Positions 1-9,237 of a DNA stretch of 64,000 nt are shown here, piece by piece (positions within the stretch are counted from its first letter, which is position 1; each line of letters opens with the position of its first letter). Source of the DNA: Escherichia phage Bp7. Location: sequence record NC_019500.1, one strand, 5' to 3'. Below the pieces are notes generated by a model. The model saw only the letters and a program-made list of their open reading frames with translations, was not told the DNA's origin and ran no database searches. The translations under genes were made by a program, and so were the position numbers.

Positions 1-586
1 AAAGTATTAATCGACCAAGCAGCTGCTGAGTTCGTAAGTAATGCCGAAGAGATTGCCGCGCTTCAAGCAGAGCTTGATAAAATCGTCTCTACCAAATCCA
101 CATTGGTAATGGAAAAATATCATCGTGGAATTCTGACAGAATGTTGAAGGATACTGGTATTAAAGGTTCCATTATTAAGAAATACATCCTATCTTTAATA
201 AGCAGATAAATTCTTATTTGAAGATTATGGAAGCCGACTACGTCTTTACACTAGACGAAGAGTTCAATGAGACGATTAAATCACGTGGACGTGAAGACTT
301 TAGTTATGCTTCATTTTCACAGGGTGAGAAAGCACGTATTGATATCGCACTACTTTTTACATGGCGTGATATTGCTGAAAAAGTCAGTGGAGCCACATTA
401 GTACATTAGTGTTGGATGAAGTTTTGATGAGCAGTTGACGCTGAGGCTGTTAAGGCGATTGCAAGTATTCTTAATAATCTTGAAGACAGTAATGTTTTTA
501 TAATCAGCCACAGGGACCATGACCATCAAGCATATGGCCAGCATTTACAAATGAAAAAGGTTGGTCGATTTACAATTATGGAATAA
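1..586 (+). pseudogene. 46: gene 46 recombination endonuclease subunit (SbcC/Rad50-like ATPase), 3' end; reading frame interrupted at about 141, 189, 395-410 and 420-430
   Basis: Conserved segments HRGILTE / MLKDTGIKGSIIKKYI / PIFNKQINSYLKIMEADY / SQGEKARIDIALLF (signature motif) / LVLDEV (Walker B) / NVFIISHRDH lie in three different frames, with stops in every frame around 407-430. Confidence 0.6.
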
Positions 587-591
587 GCCTC

Positions 592-1308
592 TTATTGAGG
601 CTTCATTTTACAGTTATCGAAATGCCAACGATTCATATTACCGGAATTCCCTTGTTTACCACAATGAGGGCATTCTACCTTCTTTTCTGATTTTTTGCGC
701 CCGTTAGGATTTTTCTTACAAAAAACTTTATGAGCCGCAATAACACAGGATTTTCCTGAAAGGCCGCAGAATTCACATTCCACAATTTTATAGACCATGT
801 TTTCTAGGCCTTTCTTTATTTTTAATTTTTGCTCCTCAGATATAGAGCGGTCCACTTTATTAGGGCCTTTAGGGCAGTTATCGAAATGCCATCTGTTCAT
901 ATTGCCTACCAATCCAGTTTTACCGCAGTGTGGACAGGTAACTCTAGGCTTTTTTAAAGCGGAAATTGACATTTTCTTTCTGGTTTCTTCCGAGAATTCT
1001 TTATCCTTTTGGACTTCTGAATTCTTACGACGAAGCCATCCAAATAATTTATTTTTAGACCTATCAGCTTTTGGTGAGCTAACTGTCATCATTCTTGCTG
1101 CATAGACTAACGATGCATTATCTGGATGGATTTTAACTAACAACTGATGAGCCAAGTAATGTTCTTCAGGTGTTAAGTCTACCAAGTTTAAAGCGTCGTC
1201 CGTTCCACCCATGCATTGTGGTATAATGTGATGACGTTCTTTATAGGTAGTTAAATTTCTATTAACTGCTCGTTGAATAAGCTTTTCGTATATTGATTTA
1301 TAATTCAT
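592..1308 (-). CDS. HNH homing endonuclease (Mob-like) with repeated C-terminal CPHCGK...NMNRWHFDNC zinc-finger-like motifs
   Basis: ORF track 592..1314 begins on TTG; the first ATG is at 1308 behind an AAGGA RBS; HHIIPQCMGG motif; inserted between 46 and 45.2. Confidence 0.65.
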   Translation of the reverse strand: MNYKSIYEKLIQRAVNRNLTTYKERHHIIPQCMGGTDDALNLVDLTPEEHYLAHQLLVKIHPDNASLVYAARMMTVSSPKADRSKNKLFGWLRRKNSEVQKDKEFSEETRKKMSISALKKPRVTCPHCGKTGLVGNMNRWHFDNCPKGPNKVDRSISEEQKLKIKKGLENMVYKIVECEFCGLSGKSCVIAAHKVFCKKNPNGRKKSEKKVECPHCGKQGNSGNMNRWHFDNCKMKPQ

Positions 1309-1344
1309 TATCAAATCCTTATTTGATACAGCGACCGATAAAGA

Positions 1345-1352
1345 TATTTATA
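1345..1352 (-). promoter_or_regulatory. T4-type late promoter (TATAAATA) upstream of the minus-strand HNH gene
   Basis: Reverse complement of tatttata at 1345-1352, about 35 nt upstream of the ATG at 1308. Confidence 0.35.
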
Positions 1353-1546
1353 TGGCTTCCAATTTTATAACAGGCCAGCATTTGTTGGCCGTTCCTGAAC
1401 TAAAGCGGTATGTTTTAGTTAATAACTTCTCTGGAGACGAACATCTTGTTACTGAAGATTATCTCCGAAATGCTTTTAAGTCAGAGTATGATAGAATCAT
1501 GTCGAACAGGAATCCTGCCTGGTTCGTTTATGAATACTTTGATTAA
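1352..1546 (+). CDS. small hypothetical protein, positional equivalent of T4 45.2
   Basis: 64-aa ORF between gene 46 and rpbA. Confidence 0.4.
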   Translation: MASNFITGQHLLAVPELKRYVLVNNFSGDEHLVTEDYLRNAFKSEYDRIMSNRNPAWFVYEYFD

Positions 1547-1552
1547 ATTAAG

Positions 1553-1576
1553 TGCTTTAAAATATTGATTTATAAT
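1553..1576 (+). promoter_or_regulatory. MotA-dependent middle promoter (MotA box TGCTTTA, 11-bp spacer, TATAAT)
   Basis: tgcttta at 1553-1559 and tataat at 1571-1576, upstream of rpbA/45. Confidence 0.4.
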
Positions 1577-1606
1577 ACATCTACCAACCAAATGAGAGAA
1601 AATATT

Positions 1607-2020
1607 ATGTTTGCTAACGCTATTACTGTTAAAGATATCCAAGTTAAAACCATTCGTACTGATTCCAACCCACATAATCAAAACCGTATCCGTAAATCAT
1701 GGGTACTGAATATTGATACCGACTCTGCACGTCGTCTGCAGTCTCTTCCACAAGAAACTAAGTTCATGCTCTACGGTATCATTGATAACGACGTATCCGA
1801 TAAGTGGGTAGAAATTATGCGTCGCCACTATAATGATTCACTGGCCGCAGGTGCTAAACTGGTTATCGACCGTGATGGTTCTGAACGTCTCGAAGATGAT
1901 TATTGTGTAGATTTTGACGAACAACTGCTTGAAGCTGGTGCTATTGTTGCTTCCCAGATTCCAGAGTATATTGAATCTCTGCCTGAATCCATTCGTAAAC
2001 AAATGATCGTTATTGCTTAA
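1607..2020 (+). CDS. rpbA: RpbA RNA polymerase-binding protein
   Basis: MFANAITVKDIQVKTIRTD N-terminus resembles T4 RpbA; sits immediately upstream of gene 45. Confidence 0.6.
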   Translation: MFANAITVKDIQVKTIRTDSNPHNQNRIRKSWVLNIDTDSARRLQSLPQETKFMLYGIIDNDVSDKWVEIMRRHYNDSLAAGAKLVIDRDGSERLEDDYCVDFDEQLLEAGAIVASQIPEYIESLPESIRKQMIVIA

Positions 2021-2048
2021 TTAATTTTTGACTTGATAAGGAAACATT

Positions 2049-2747
2049 ATGAAATTCTCTAAAGAAACTCTGAACATTCTGAAAAACTTCTCCGGTATTA
2101 ACCCAGGTATCATGCTTAAACCTGGTAACACTATTCTAACTCGTTCAGTAACGGGTGCAAGTTATGGTGAAGCTACTGTAAATGACACCTTTGATATCGA
2201 AGCCGCAATCTACGACCTGAACGGCTTCTTAAGTATTCTGTCATTGGTATCTGATAGTGCTGAAGTTTCGGTAAGTGAAGACCAAACCACCTTAATTATT
2301 AAAGACCAACGTTCAACTATTAAATGGCCTATTGCCGACCCAAGTACAATTGCATTCCCAAGCAAAGCTATTCCATTCCCGGTGGCTGAAGTTATTTTCG
2401 ACCTTAAAGCCGAAGATTACCAACAGTTGATGCGTGTGTCCTCTGGATTGAGTATTGATACATTTGCTATCACTGTAGACAACGGTAAAATTGTAATCAA
2501 TGGCTACAAACAAGTTGATGATAAGGACCTGGCACGTCCATTGTATTCCTTAGTGGTTGCAGACCATGATGGTCCTGAATTCAAATTCATTATCAACAAA
2601 ACTAATATGAAAATGATGCCTGCCGATTACCATGTATTGTTATGGGCTCGTGGTGAAGGTCAGGACGCTCGTTTCGCAGCCAAGTTTGAAGGTTCACAAG
2701 CTTCTTATGTATTGGCTATGGAAGCAGGCTCAAGCCACTCGTTCTAA
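2049..2747 (+). CDS. 45: gp45 sliding clamp
   Basis: 232-aa ORF alignable along its length with T4 gp45 (T4 is 228 aa). Confidence 0.9.
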   Translation: MKFSKETLNILKNFSGINPGIMLKPGNTILTRSVTGASYGEATVNDTFDIEAAIYDLNGFLSILSLVSDSAEVSVSEDQTTLIIKDQRSTIKWPIADPSTIAFPSKAIPFPVAEVIFDLKAEDYQQLMRVSSGLSIDTFAITVDNGKIVINGYKQVDDKDLARPLYSLVVADHDGPEFKFIINKTNMKMMPADYHVLLWARGEGQDARFAAKFEGSQASYVLAMEAGSSHSF

Positions 2748-3325
2748 TGTATATATGTTATCATAATACGATAACCAACACTAAAACCAAGTGTGTCTAT
2801 CATTATTTTGGTAGACACCGTGTTACTGCTGAAGAATACTACGGTACAGGTAAGTTTGTTAAGAAATGCAAACGAGAAAATGCTATTACTCCAGGTCTTT
2901 GGGAGTTTTGTGTTGAAGTTATCCATACAGTGGATACGTTTAAAGAAGCCAAGATTATTGAAGAAGAGCTTGTTAAAGAAGGCATATCAAAATATGGTAT
3001 CCTTTGTGTTAATAAGAATCCTGGTGGTGATGGCGGTGTGGATTACCACACCGAAGAATCTAAACGTAAAATGTCAGAAACTAGAACAGGAAAATCAAGA
3101 ATATTTTCCGAAAGTCATAAAGAAAATTTAAGTAAACGAGCCAGAAAATACTCTGATGTTTGGTCCGAACCTGTATATTCAAATCTTAAAACCATTTGGC
3201 TGGAAACAGGTATGTTAAAACGCGGACGGTTTAGTACGCTTTTACAAAAATATGGGTATAATTATTCTGCGAATGAATTGAATAAAATTGTTAAACATTT
3301 TAATGAGGAAAATAATAATGAGTAA
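2747..3325 (+). CDS. GIY-YIG homing endonuclease (Seg-like) with NUMOD3-type repeats
   Basis: N-terminal YICYHNTITNTKTKCVYHYFG; repeats SKRKMSETRTGK and SHKENLSKRARK; start overlaps the gp45 stop (TAATG); inserted between 45 and 44. Confidence 0.55.
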   Translation: MYICYHNTITNTKTKCVYHYFGRHRVTAEEYYGTGKFVKKCKRENAITPGLWEFCVEVIHTVDTFKEAKIIEEELVKEGISKYGILCVNKNPGGDGGVDYHTEESKRKMSETRTGKSRIFSESHKENLSKRARKYSDVWSEPVYSNLKTIWLETGMLKRGRFSTLLQKYGYNYSANELNKIVKHFNEENNNE

Positions 3326-4295
3326 AGTAGTAAATGGTTTAACTATTAATGAAAACGACTTCATGTGGGAACAGAAATATCGTCCAGGTACTTTATCTGA
3401 GTGTATTCTGCCAGCGCATGATAAAGAAACCCTCCAAGCCATTGTTAATAAGGGTCTAATCCCTAACATTATCCTAGTCTCTGCTTCACCAGGCACAGGT
3501 AAAACTACCGTAGCTAAAGCATTGTGTGCTGATACAAATTCAGATATGCTTTTTGTTAACGGTTCCGACTGCCGTATTGATTTCGTTCGTAATGAACTTA
3601 CTCGTTTTGCATCTTCCAAATCTATCGAAGGTAAACGTAAGGTAATTGTTATCGACGAATTCGACCGCGCCGGTGTTGCTGAAGCTCAACGTCACCTTCG
3701 TTCGTTCTTAGAAGCCTATTCCTCAAACTGTTCTGTAATTATTACAGCAAACAATATTGATGGTATTATCGGTCCACTTCAATCCCGTTGTCGTGTTATT
3801 AAATTTGGTGAAGCCACTCCGGCCGACCAAACAACCATGATGAAAGAAATGATTCATCGTGCTGTAGCAATCTGTAAAAACGAAAATATCGAAGTCGAAG
3901 ACCTTAAAGTTATTGCTGCCTTAGTTAAACAAAACTTTCCTGACTTCCGTAAAACAGTTAACCAACTGGACCGTTACTCATCCAGTGGTAAAATCGATAC
4001 AGGCATTTTGAGTATTGTAATGAATACCAATTCGCCTATCGATGAAGTAGTGGCTGCACTTAAAGATAAAAACTTTAAAGAACTCCGTGCATTAGCTCCA
4101 CGTCATGTCAACGATTATTCCAACTTTATTATGTCGCTGGCTAACGAACTCTATGGTAAATTGCCTGGGCCAAGCATTGTTAGAATGTACGAAATTGTCG
4201 GTGAAAATAACCAATACCACGGTATTGCGGCTAACCCAGAAATTCACATGACTTATCTGTTCATCCAACTTGCTCTGGAGCTCCAATGGCTATAA
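3318..4295 (+). CDS. 44: gp44 clamp-loader large subunit (AAA+)
   Basis: Walker A SPGTGKTT, VIVIDEFDR, SRC motif; matches T4 gp44; ATG at 3318 after a GAGGAAA RBS. Confidence 0.9.
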   Translation: MSKVVNGLTINENDFMWEQKYRPGTLSECILPAHDKETLQAIVNKGLIPNIILVSASPGTGKTTVAKALCADTNSDMLFVNGSDCRIDFVRNELTRFASSKSIEGKRKVIVIDEFDRAGVAEAQRHLRSFLEAYSSNCSVIITANNIDGIIGPLQSRCRVIKFGEATPADQTTMMKEMIHRAVAICKNENIEVEDLKVIAALVKQNFPDFRKTVNQLDRYSSSGKIDTGILSIVMNTNSPIDEVVAALKDKNFKELRALAPRHVNDYSNFIMSLANELYGKLPGPSIVRMYEIVGENNQYHGIAANPEIHMTYLFIQLALELQWL

Positions 4296-4858
4296 GTCTT
4301 TTTGATGATGACGTTGAACTGAACGAACATGAAGTTGCTTGGAAATCACGTAACGACGCTGCAATTCAAGCCTTGGCCGATTCATTTAAAGAAAAGGCTG
4401 AAAACGAACTGTTCGCCATTATGAACGATATCACATATGGTAAAAACCAACGTAACTTGGCTCAATCGGAAAACTACAATCAATTTTGGCTCGATAATAG
4501 TTTGAGCCAACATGTGGATTGCATTATGCAAGCTGCAATGGTTAACTGTCTGAAACTTGATGACCAAAGTCATTTCAACTATCTTTTACATGCTGTTCCT
4601 AAGGGTAAGAGATTTGGTAAATGGGCTAAGGCCCATGATGATGAAGTTAGTGTAGTTTTTATTACTCGTTTATTGATGAAATACCATTCAATTAATAATG
4701 ATGACGCTTATCGTTATCTCGAGACTTATAAAATTAAAGGCCATCTTCCGGCGGTGCTTAAGAAGATGAAAGGGTTGGTTACTGACGAGTTCCTGAAATC
4801 CGTAACCAAAAATGTTAAAGAACAAAAAGACTTGAAAAAGAAAGCATTGGAATGGTAA
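4286..4858 (+). CDS. 62: gp62 clamp-loader small subunit
   Basis: 190 aa; MAISLFDDDVELNEHEVAW ... KNVKEQKDLKKKALEW resembles T4 gp62. Confidence 0.85.
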   Translation: MAISLFDDDVELNEHEVAWKSRNDAAIQALADSFKEKAENELFAIMNDITYGKNQRNLAQSENYNQFWLDNSLSQHVDCIMQAAMVNCLKLDDQSHFNYLLHAVPKGKRFGKWAKAHDDEVSVVFITRLLMKYHSINNDDAYRYLETYKIKGHLPAVLKKMKGLVTDEFLKSVTKNVKEQKDLKKKALEW

Positions 4859-4863
4859 ATTAA

Positions 4864-5226
4864 ATGATTGAAATTACTCTGAAACAACCTGAAGACTTCT
4901 TGAAAGTGAAAGAGACCCTAACTCGTATGGGTATCGCTAATAATAAAGAAAAGAAACTATATCAATCCTGCCACATTCTGCAAAAGCAAGGGCTGTATTA
5001 TATAGTCCACTTTAAAGAGATGTTACGTATGGATGGTCGCCAAGTTGATATCGATGGTGAAGACTATCAACGTCGAGATTCAATTGCCCAGCTTCTTAAG
5101 GAGTGGGGACTGATTGATATTGTAGATGAATCTGAACTGTTCGAAATCACCAATAACTTCCGTGTCATTTCCTTTAAGCAGAAAAATGACTGGGAACTAC
5201 TGTCTAAGTACACCATTGGTAATTAA
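4864..5226 (+). CDS. regA: RegA translational repressor
   Basis: 120 aa; MIEITLKQPEDFLKVKETLTRMGIANNK is near-identical to T4 RegA. Confidence 0.9.
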   Translation: MIEITLKQPEDFLKVKETLTRMGIANNKEKKLYQSCHILQKQGLYYIVHFKEMLRMDGRQVDIDGEDYQRRDSIAQLLKEWGLIDIVDESELFEITNNFRVISFKQKNDWELLSKYTIGN

Positions 5227-5227
5227 T

Positions 5228-5443
5228 ATGATTCTTGAAATTGAAACGTGTGAACGTCTTAAAGAGGTATACGGACTTTCTCCAACTCAAACTGTTTTTG
5301 ACCTTTCCGAAGAGCTCCAAATAGAATTTCAAAAGGACCTCCATAAGTTGCTACATCCAGGTCAGAAAGTCTTCCAGGCTATGATTAAAACTAAAGACGA
5401 AGATGGTAATTCAACCATTAAACGTCAAACAATAGAAATTTAA
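5228..5443 (+). CDS. small hypothetical protein between regA and 43
   Basis: 71-aa ORF with its ATG directly after the regA stop. Confidence 0.3.
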   Translation: MILEIETCERLKEVYGLSPTQTVFDLSEELQIEFQKDLHKLLHPGQKVFQAMIKTKDEDGNSTIKRQTIEI

Positions 5444-5446
5444 GCA

Positions 5447-5468
5447 AAGGGACTTCGGTCCCTTTTGG
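5447..5468 (+). terminator. UUCG-tetraloop hairpin followed by a U-run (intrinsic terminator or gene 43 leader structure)
   Basis: aagggacTTCGgtccctttt. Confidence 0.45.
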
Positions 5469-5524
5469 AGTATAATGATTCATCAACAAACAAAAGACAA
5501 TCACTCGTCTATAAAGGAAATGAA

Positions 5525-8236
5525 ATGCAAGAATTCTATTTGACAGTCGAACAAATCGGTGATAATATTCTCGAACGTTACATCGATAAAAATGGTAACG
5601 AACGTAGTCGTGAAGTTCCATACAAGCCTACAATGTTTATGCATGCTAATCCAGAGCAAGCCGTAAAATACATTGATATCTACGGTAAGGGTTGTGTTAA
5701 GAAAGAATTCGACTCTATGCGTGATGCATCCCAATGGATGAAACGTATGGACGATATGGGTCTCGAAGCCCTGGGTATGGACGACTATAAATTAGCCTAT
5801 TTGTCTGATACCTATCGTAAAGAAATCAGATATGATTCTTCTAAGATTCGTATTGCTAACTTCGACATCGAGGTAACATCTCCTGATGGATTCCCTGAAC
5901 CAGCTCAGGCTAAACATCCTATCGATGCCATTACCCACTACGACTCGATTGACGATAAATTCTATGTATTCGACCTTTTAGTTTCGCCTTATGGTACTGT
6001 TGAAGAGTGGTCGATTAAAATCGCTGAGAAACTCCAAGACGAAGGCGGTGACGAAGTTCCACAAGAAATCATTGACAAAATCGTTTATCTTCCGTTTAAT
6101 TCTGAAGAAGAAATGATGCTTGAGTACTTGAATTTCTGGCAACAGAAAACTCCTGTGATTTTGACTGGATGGAACGTTGAGTCGTTTGACGTACCATACG
6201 TTTATAACCGTCTGAAAAATCTGTTCGGTGAGAACACTGCTAAGCGATTAAGCCCACATCGTAAAACTCGTGTTAAAGTTATCGAGAACATGTACGGTGC
6301 TCGTGAAATCATTACATTGTTCGGTATCTCTGTTCTGGATTATATCGACCTGTATAAAAAATTCAGCTTTACCAACCAGCCTTCTTATTCTCTGGATTAT
6401 GTTTCTGAATATGAATTGAAAGTAGGTAAGTTGAAATATGATGGCCCAATCTCCAAGTTACGTGAGACGAACCACCAACGATATATTTCCTATAACATTA
6501 TCGACGTATATCGTGTAGTGCAGATTGATATGAAGCGTCAGTTCATTCTTCTGAGTTTGGACATGGGTTATTATGCCAAGATGCAGATTCAGTCGGTGTT
6601 CAGCCCAATTAAGACTTGGGACGCTATTATCTTTAATAGCCTTAAAGAACAAGGCAAGGTAATTCCACAAGCTCGCTCACACGTGGTCCAACCTTATCCT
6701 GGTGCTTTCGTTAAGGAACCGATTCCTAACGCTTACAAATATGTAATGAGTTTCGACCTTACATCTCTGTATCCGAGTATCATTCGACAAGTGAATATAA
6801 GCCCAGAGACCATCGCAGGGACATTCGCTAACGCACCGATACATGAATATATTGCCGGAACTGCTCAGCGTCCTAGCGACACCTACAGTTGCTCTCCTAA
6901 CGGCATGATGTACTATAAAGACCGTGAAGGTGTGATTCCGACAGAAATCACCAAGGTATTCTTGCAGCGTAAAGAACATAAAGGTTACATGCTTGCAGCT
7001 CAACGTAATGGTGAGTTAATTAAAGAAGCATTGGAAAATCCTAATCTCTCAGTTGATAGTCCACTGGATATCGATTATCGTTTTGACTTCTCTGACGAAA
7101 TCAAAGCCCAGATTAAAGCACTGTCAGCGCCTTCTTTAAGAGAAATGTTGAAGAAAGCCGAGCTCACTGAAGTTGCAGGTAACACTGCTCAGATTAACCG
7201 TAAGTTGCTTATCAACTCCCTTTACGGTGCACTTGGTAACGTATGGTTCCGTTACTATGACCTCAGGAACGCAACTGCAATCACACTGTTTGGTCAAATG
7301 GCCCTCCAATGGATTGAACGTAAGGTTAACGAATATCTGAATAGCGTGTGTAAGACTGAAAATCAGAAGTTCGTGCTCTATGGTGATACTGACTCCATTT
7401 ATGTTAAGGCAGATGCAATCATCAATAAAGTAGGCGAAGATAAATTCCGTGACACTAACCACTGGGTCGACTTCTTAGATAAATTTGCACGTGAACGTAT
7501 GGAACCAGCTATTGATGCAGGCTTCCGTGAGATGTGTGAGTACATGAACAACAAACAACACTTGATGTTCATGGACCGAGAAGCTATCGCTGGTCCTCCA
7601 CTTGGTTCTAAAGGCCTTGGTGGATTCTGGACAGGCAAGAAACGTTATGCACTTAACGTTTGGGACATGGAAGGTACTCGTTATGCCGAACCACACTTGA
7701 AAATCATGGGTCTCGAAACTCAGAAATCAAGTACACCTAAAGCAGTTCAGAAAGCTCTGAAGGAATGTATCCGTCGTATGCTTCAGGAAGGCGAGGCATC
7801 TTTGCAAGAATATTTCAAACAGTTTAATAAGGAATTTAACGAACTCGATTATGTAAGCATTGCAGCAGTATCCAGTGCTAACAACATCGAGAAATATAAT
7901 GAAGGTGGATTCCCTGGCTCTAAATGTCCGTACCACATCAAAGGTTGCTTAGCTTACATGCGTGCTTCTGCAGGTGATTTGACTATGCCTCGTATCGTTG
8001 ATGGTGAAAAGGTATATGTACTGCCGCTTAAAGAAGGCAACCCGTTCGGTGAAGCTTGTATGGCATGGCCGTCAGGTATTGAACTTCCGGTTCAGATTCG
8101 TGACCAAGTCCTCCGTTGGATGGACTACAACGTACTGTTCCAAAAGACCTTTATCAAGCCTCTGACTGGTTTTACTGAGTCCGCTAAAATCGACTACGAG
8201 AAAAAAGCAACATTATTTGACATGTTTGACTTTTAA
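5525..8236 (+). CDS. 43: gp43 DNA polymerase (family B) with 3'-5' exonuclease
   Basis: 903 aa; Exo motifs FDIE and YNIIDV, polymerase motifs DLTSLYPSI, KILINSLYG, YGDTDS; start chosen at MQEFYLTVEQ (5525), not the upstream ORF-track ATG. Confidence 0.95.
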   Translation: MQEFYLTVEQIGDNILERYIDKNGNERSREVPYKPTMFMHANPEQAVKYIDIYGKGCVKKEFDSMRDASQWMKRMDDMGLEALGMDDYKLAYLSDTYRKEIRYDSSKIRIANFDIEVTSPDGFPEPAQAKHPIDAITHYDSIDDKFYVFDLLVSPYGTVEEWSIKIAEKLQDEGGDEVPQEIIDKIVYLPFNSEEEMMLEYLNFWQQKTPVILTGWNVESFDVPYVYNRLKNLFGENTAKRLSPHRKTRVKVIENMYGAREIITLFGISVLDYIDLYKKFSFTNQPSYSLDYVSEYELKVGKLKYDGPISKLRETNHQRYISYNIIDVYRVVQIDMKRQFILLSLDMGYYAKMQIQSVFSPIKTWDAIIFNSLKEQGKVIPQARSHVVQPYPGAFVKEPIPNAYKYVMSFDLTSLYPSIIRQVNISPETIAGTFANAPIHEYIAGTAQRPSDTYSCSPNGMMYYKDREGVIPTEITKVFLQRKEHKGYMLAAQRNGELIKEALENPNLSVDSPLDIDYRFDFSDEIKAQIKALSAPSLREMLKKAELTEVAGNTAQINRKLLINSLYGALGNVWFRYYDLRNATAITLFGQMALQWIERKVNEYLNSVCKTENQKFVLYGDTDSIYVKADAIINKVGEDKFRDTNHWVDFLDKFARERMEPAIDAGFREMCEYMNNKQHLMFMDREAIAGPPLGSKGLGGFWTGKKRYALNVWDMEGTRYAEPHLKIMGLETQKSSTPKAVQKALKECIRRMLQEGEASLQEYFKQFNKEFNELDYVSIAAVSSANNIEKYNEGGFPGSKCPYHIKGCLAYMRASAGDLTMPRIVDGEKVYVLPLKEGNPFGEACMAWPSGIELPVQIRDQVLRWMDYNVLFQKTFIKPLTGFTESAKIDYEKKATLFDMFDF

Positions 8237-8238
8237 GT

Positions 8239-8268
8239 GTTTACATACCACAAGGAACGTGGTAGTAT
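8239..8268 (+). promoter_or_regulatory. early promoter cassette
   Basis: gtttac, 18 bp, tagtat, then cctatcaact and gaggaa RBS. Confidence 0.4.
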
Positions 8269-8298
8269 CCTTCCTATCAACTACATGAGGAAATTACA

Positions 8299-8535
8299 AT
8301 GGAAGCTTTAATCGTTAGTGCTGGTGTTTTAGGATTCGGTTCTCTGGTTATTATGTTCATCGGTTACTTTTTACCATGGATTCTGGCTCTTCTGCGAGGC
8401 ACTCGTAGTAATGTCGGAATTTTCTTCCTTAATCTCCTGTTAGGCTGGACGATGATTGGTTGGGTAGTGGCTTTAATCTGGGCCATCGTCGCTGAACGTA
8501 AATCAAACGCTCAAATCATTATTGTTAAACAATGA
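8299..8535 (+). CDS. imm: small two-helix membrane protein, Imm-like superinfection immunity candidate
   Basis: 78 aa, hydrophobic, GW...GW pattern; located between 43 and the 42-like gene as T4 imm is. Confidence 0.4.
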   Translation: MEALIVSAGVLGFGSLVIMFIGYFLPWILALLRGTRSNVGIFFLNLLLGWTMIGWVVALIWAIVAERKSNAQIIIVKQ

Positions 8536-8669
8536 AAATAATTATTTTATTTCTTATAATGGCCGCCTTTACCATTTACTGGGCAGTGGCAATTCCACCA
8601 ATGATTCCGACACTAATCATCGGATGGATTATTCTTATAGCACAAATTAAGTATAACTGTTTTAATTGA
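8532..8669 (+). CDS. small hydrophobic membrane peptide (45 aa)
   Basis: ATG overlaps the upstream stop (ATGA); MKIIILFLIMAAFTIYWAVAIPPMIPTLIIGWIILIAQ. Confidence 0.3.
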   Translation: MKIIILFLIMAAFTIYWAVAIPPMIPTLIIGWIILIAQIKYNCFN

Positions 8670-8676
8670 GGATATT

Positions 8677-9177
8677 ATGAAAAAGTTAATTATCGCAATG
8701 AGTATGCTCCTATCAGGTTGCGCAGTCCAGTACGGTGATGCAGTTTCGGCTGATGAAGTTGGTAAAGCTCGTATCGCAGCTGAACAGAAACAATTCGATG
8801 GCGAAATGAAATTCCGTGCAGGTTCAGGACTTGTGTATACCCGAGCTAATAATCAATGTGGTAATAACTGTGCAAAATATGCTCAACGAGAAATTGAATT
8901 CCAACGTGAACAAGAGTCTAAGCGTGAAGCGGTACTAGCCAAACGCCAGGCAGAAATGAAGCGCCAAGATGATTTGTATAAAAAGCAGAAACTGTATGCG
9001 ATGTGCGTAAACCATATCAATCTACAGATTTCTATCCATGAGGCTCGTTATTACGAAATGCTCGAAACCGAAAGCTTTGATAAGGCCCGTGATTATAAGA
9101 AACAAATCAATAAGCTCAAGACCAAAGTGCCGGCAGCAATAGAACAGTGCATCGAAATCGGTAAAGATAAGATTTAA
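8677..9177 (+). CDS. lipoprotein (signal peptide plus lipobox LSGC) with coiled-coil C-terminal part
   Basis: MKKLIIAMSMLLSGCAVQ. Confidence 0.45.
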   Translation: MKKLIIAMSMLLSGCAVQYGDAVSADEVGKARIAAEQKQFDGEMKFRAGSGLVYTRANNQCGNNCAKYAQREIEFQREQESKREAVLAKRQAEMKRQDDLYKKQKLYAMCVNHINLQISIHEARYYEMLETESFDKARDYKKQINKLKTKVPAAIEQCIEIGKDKI

Positions 9178-9180
9178 GCA

Positions 9181-9209
9181 GTATCAATTTATTAAAAATA
9201 GTGTATAAT
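9181..9209 (+). promoter_or_regulatory. sigma70-type promoter with extended -10
   Basis: gtatca, 17 bp, tgTATAAT, upstream of the nucleotidyltransferase-kinase gene. Confidence 0.35.
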
Positions 9210-9237
9210 GTACCTACATTCACTTGAGGAACAGATA

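Noticed and set aside
797-1105. Plus-strand 102-aa ORF antisense to the HNH endonuclease gene, and similar antisense ORFs inside gp43, gp37, gp34, rIIA and the nucleotidyltransferase gene
   Set aside because: Each is fully contained in a longer, conserved gene on the other strand, with no RBS and low-complexity translations; treated as chance ORFs.
5465-5524. Upstream extension of the gene 43 ORF (ORF track starts at 5465)
   Set aside because: The conserved polymerase N-terminus begins at MQEFYLTVEQ (ATG 5525) with a proper AAGGAAA RBS; the upstream in-frame ATG gives an unconserved extension.
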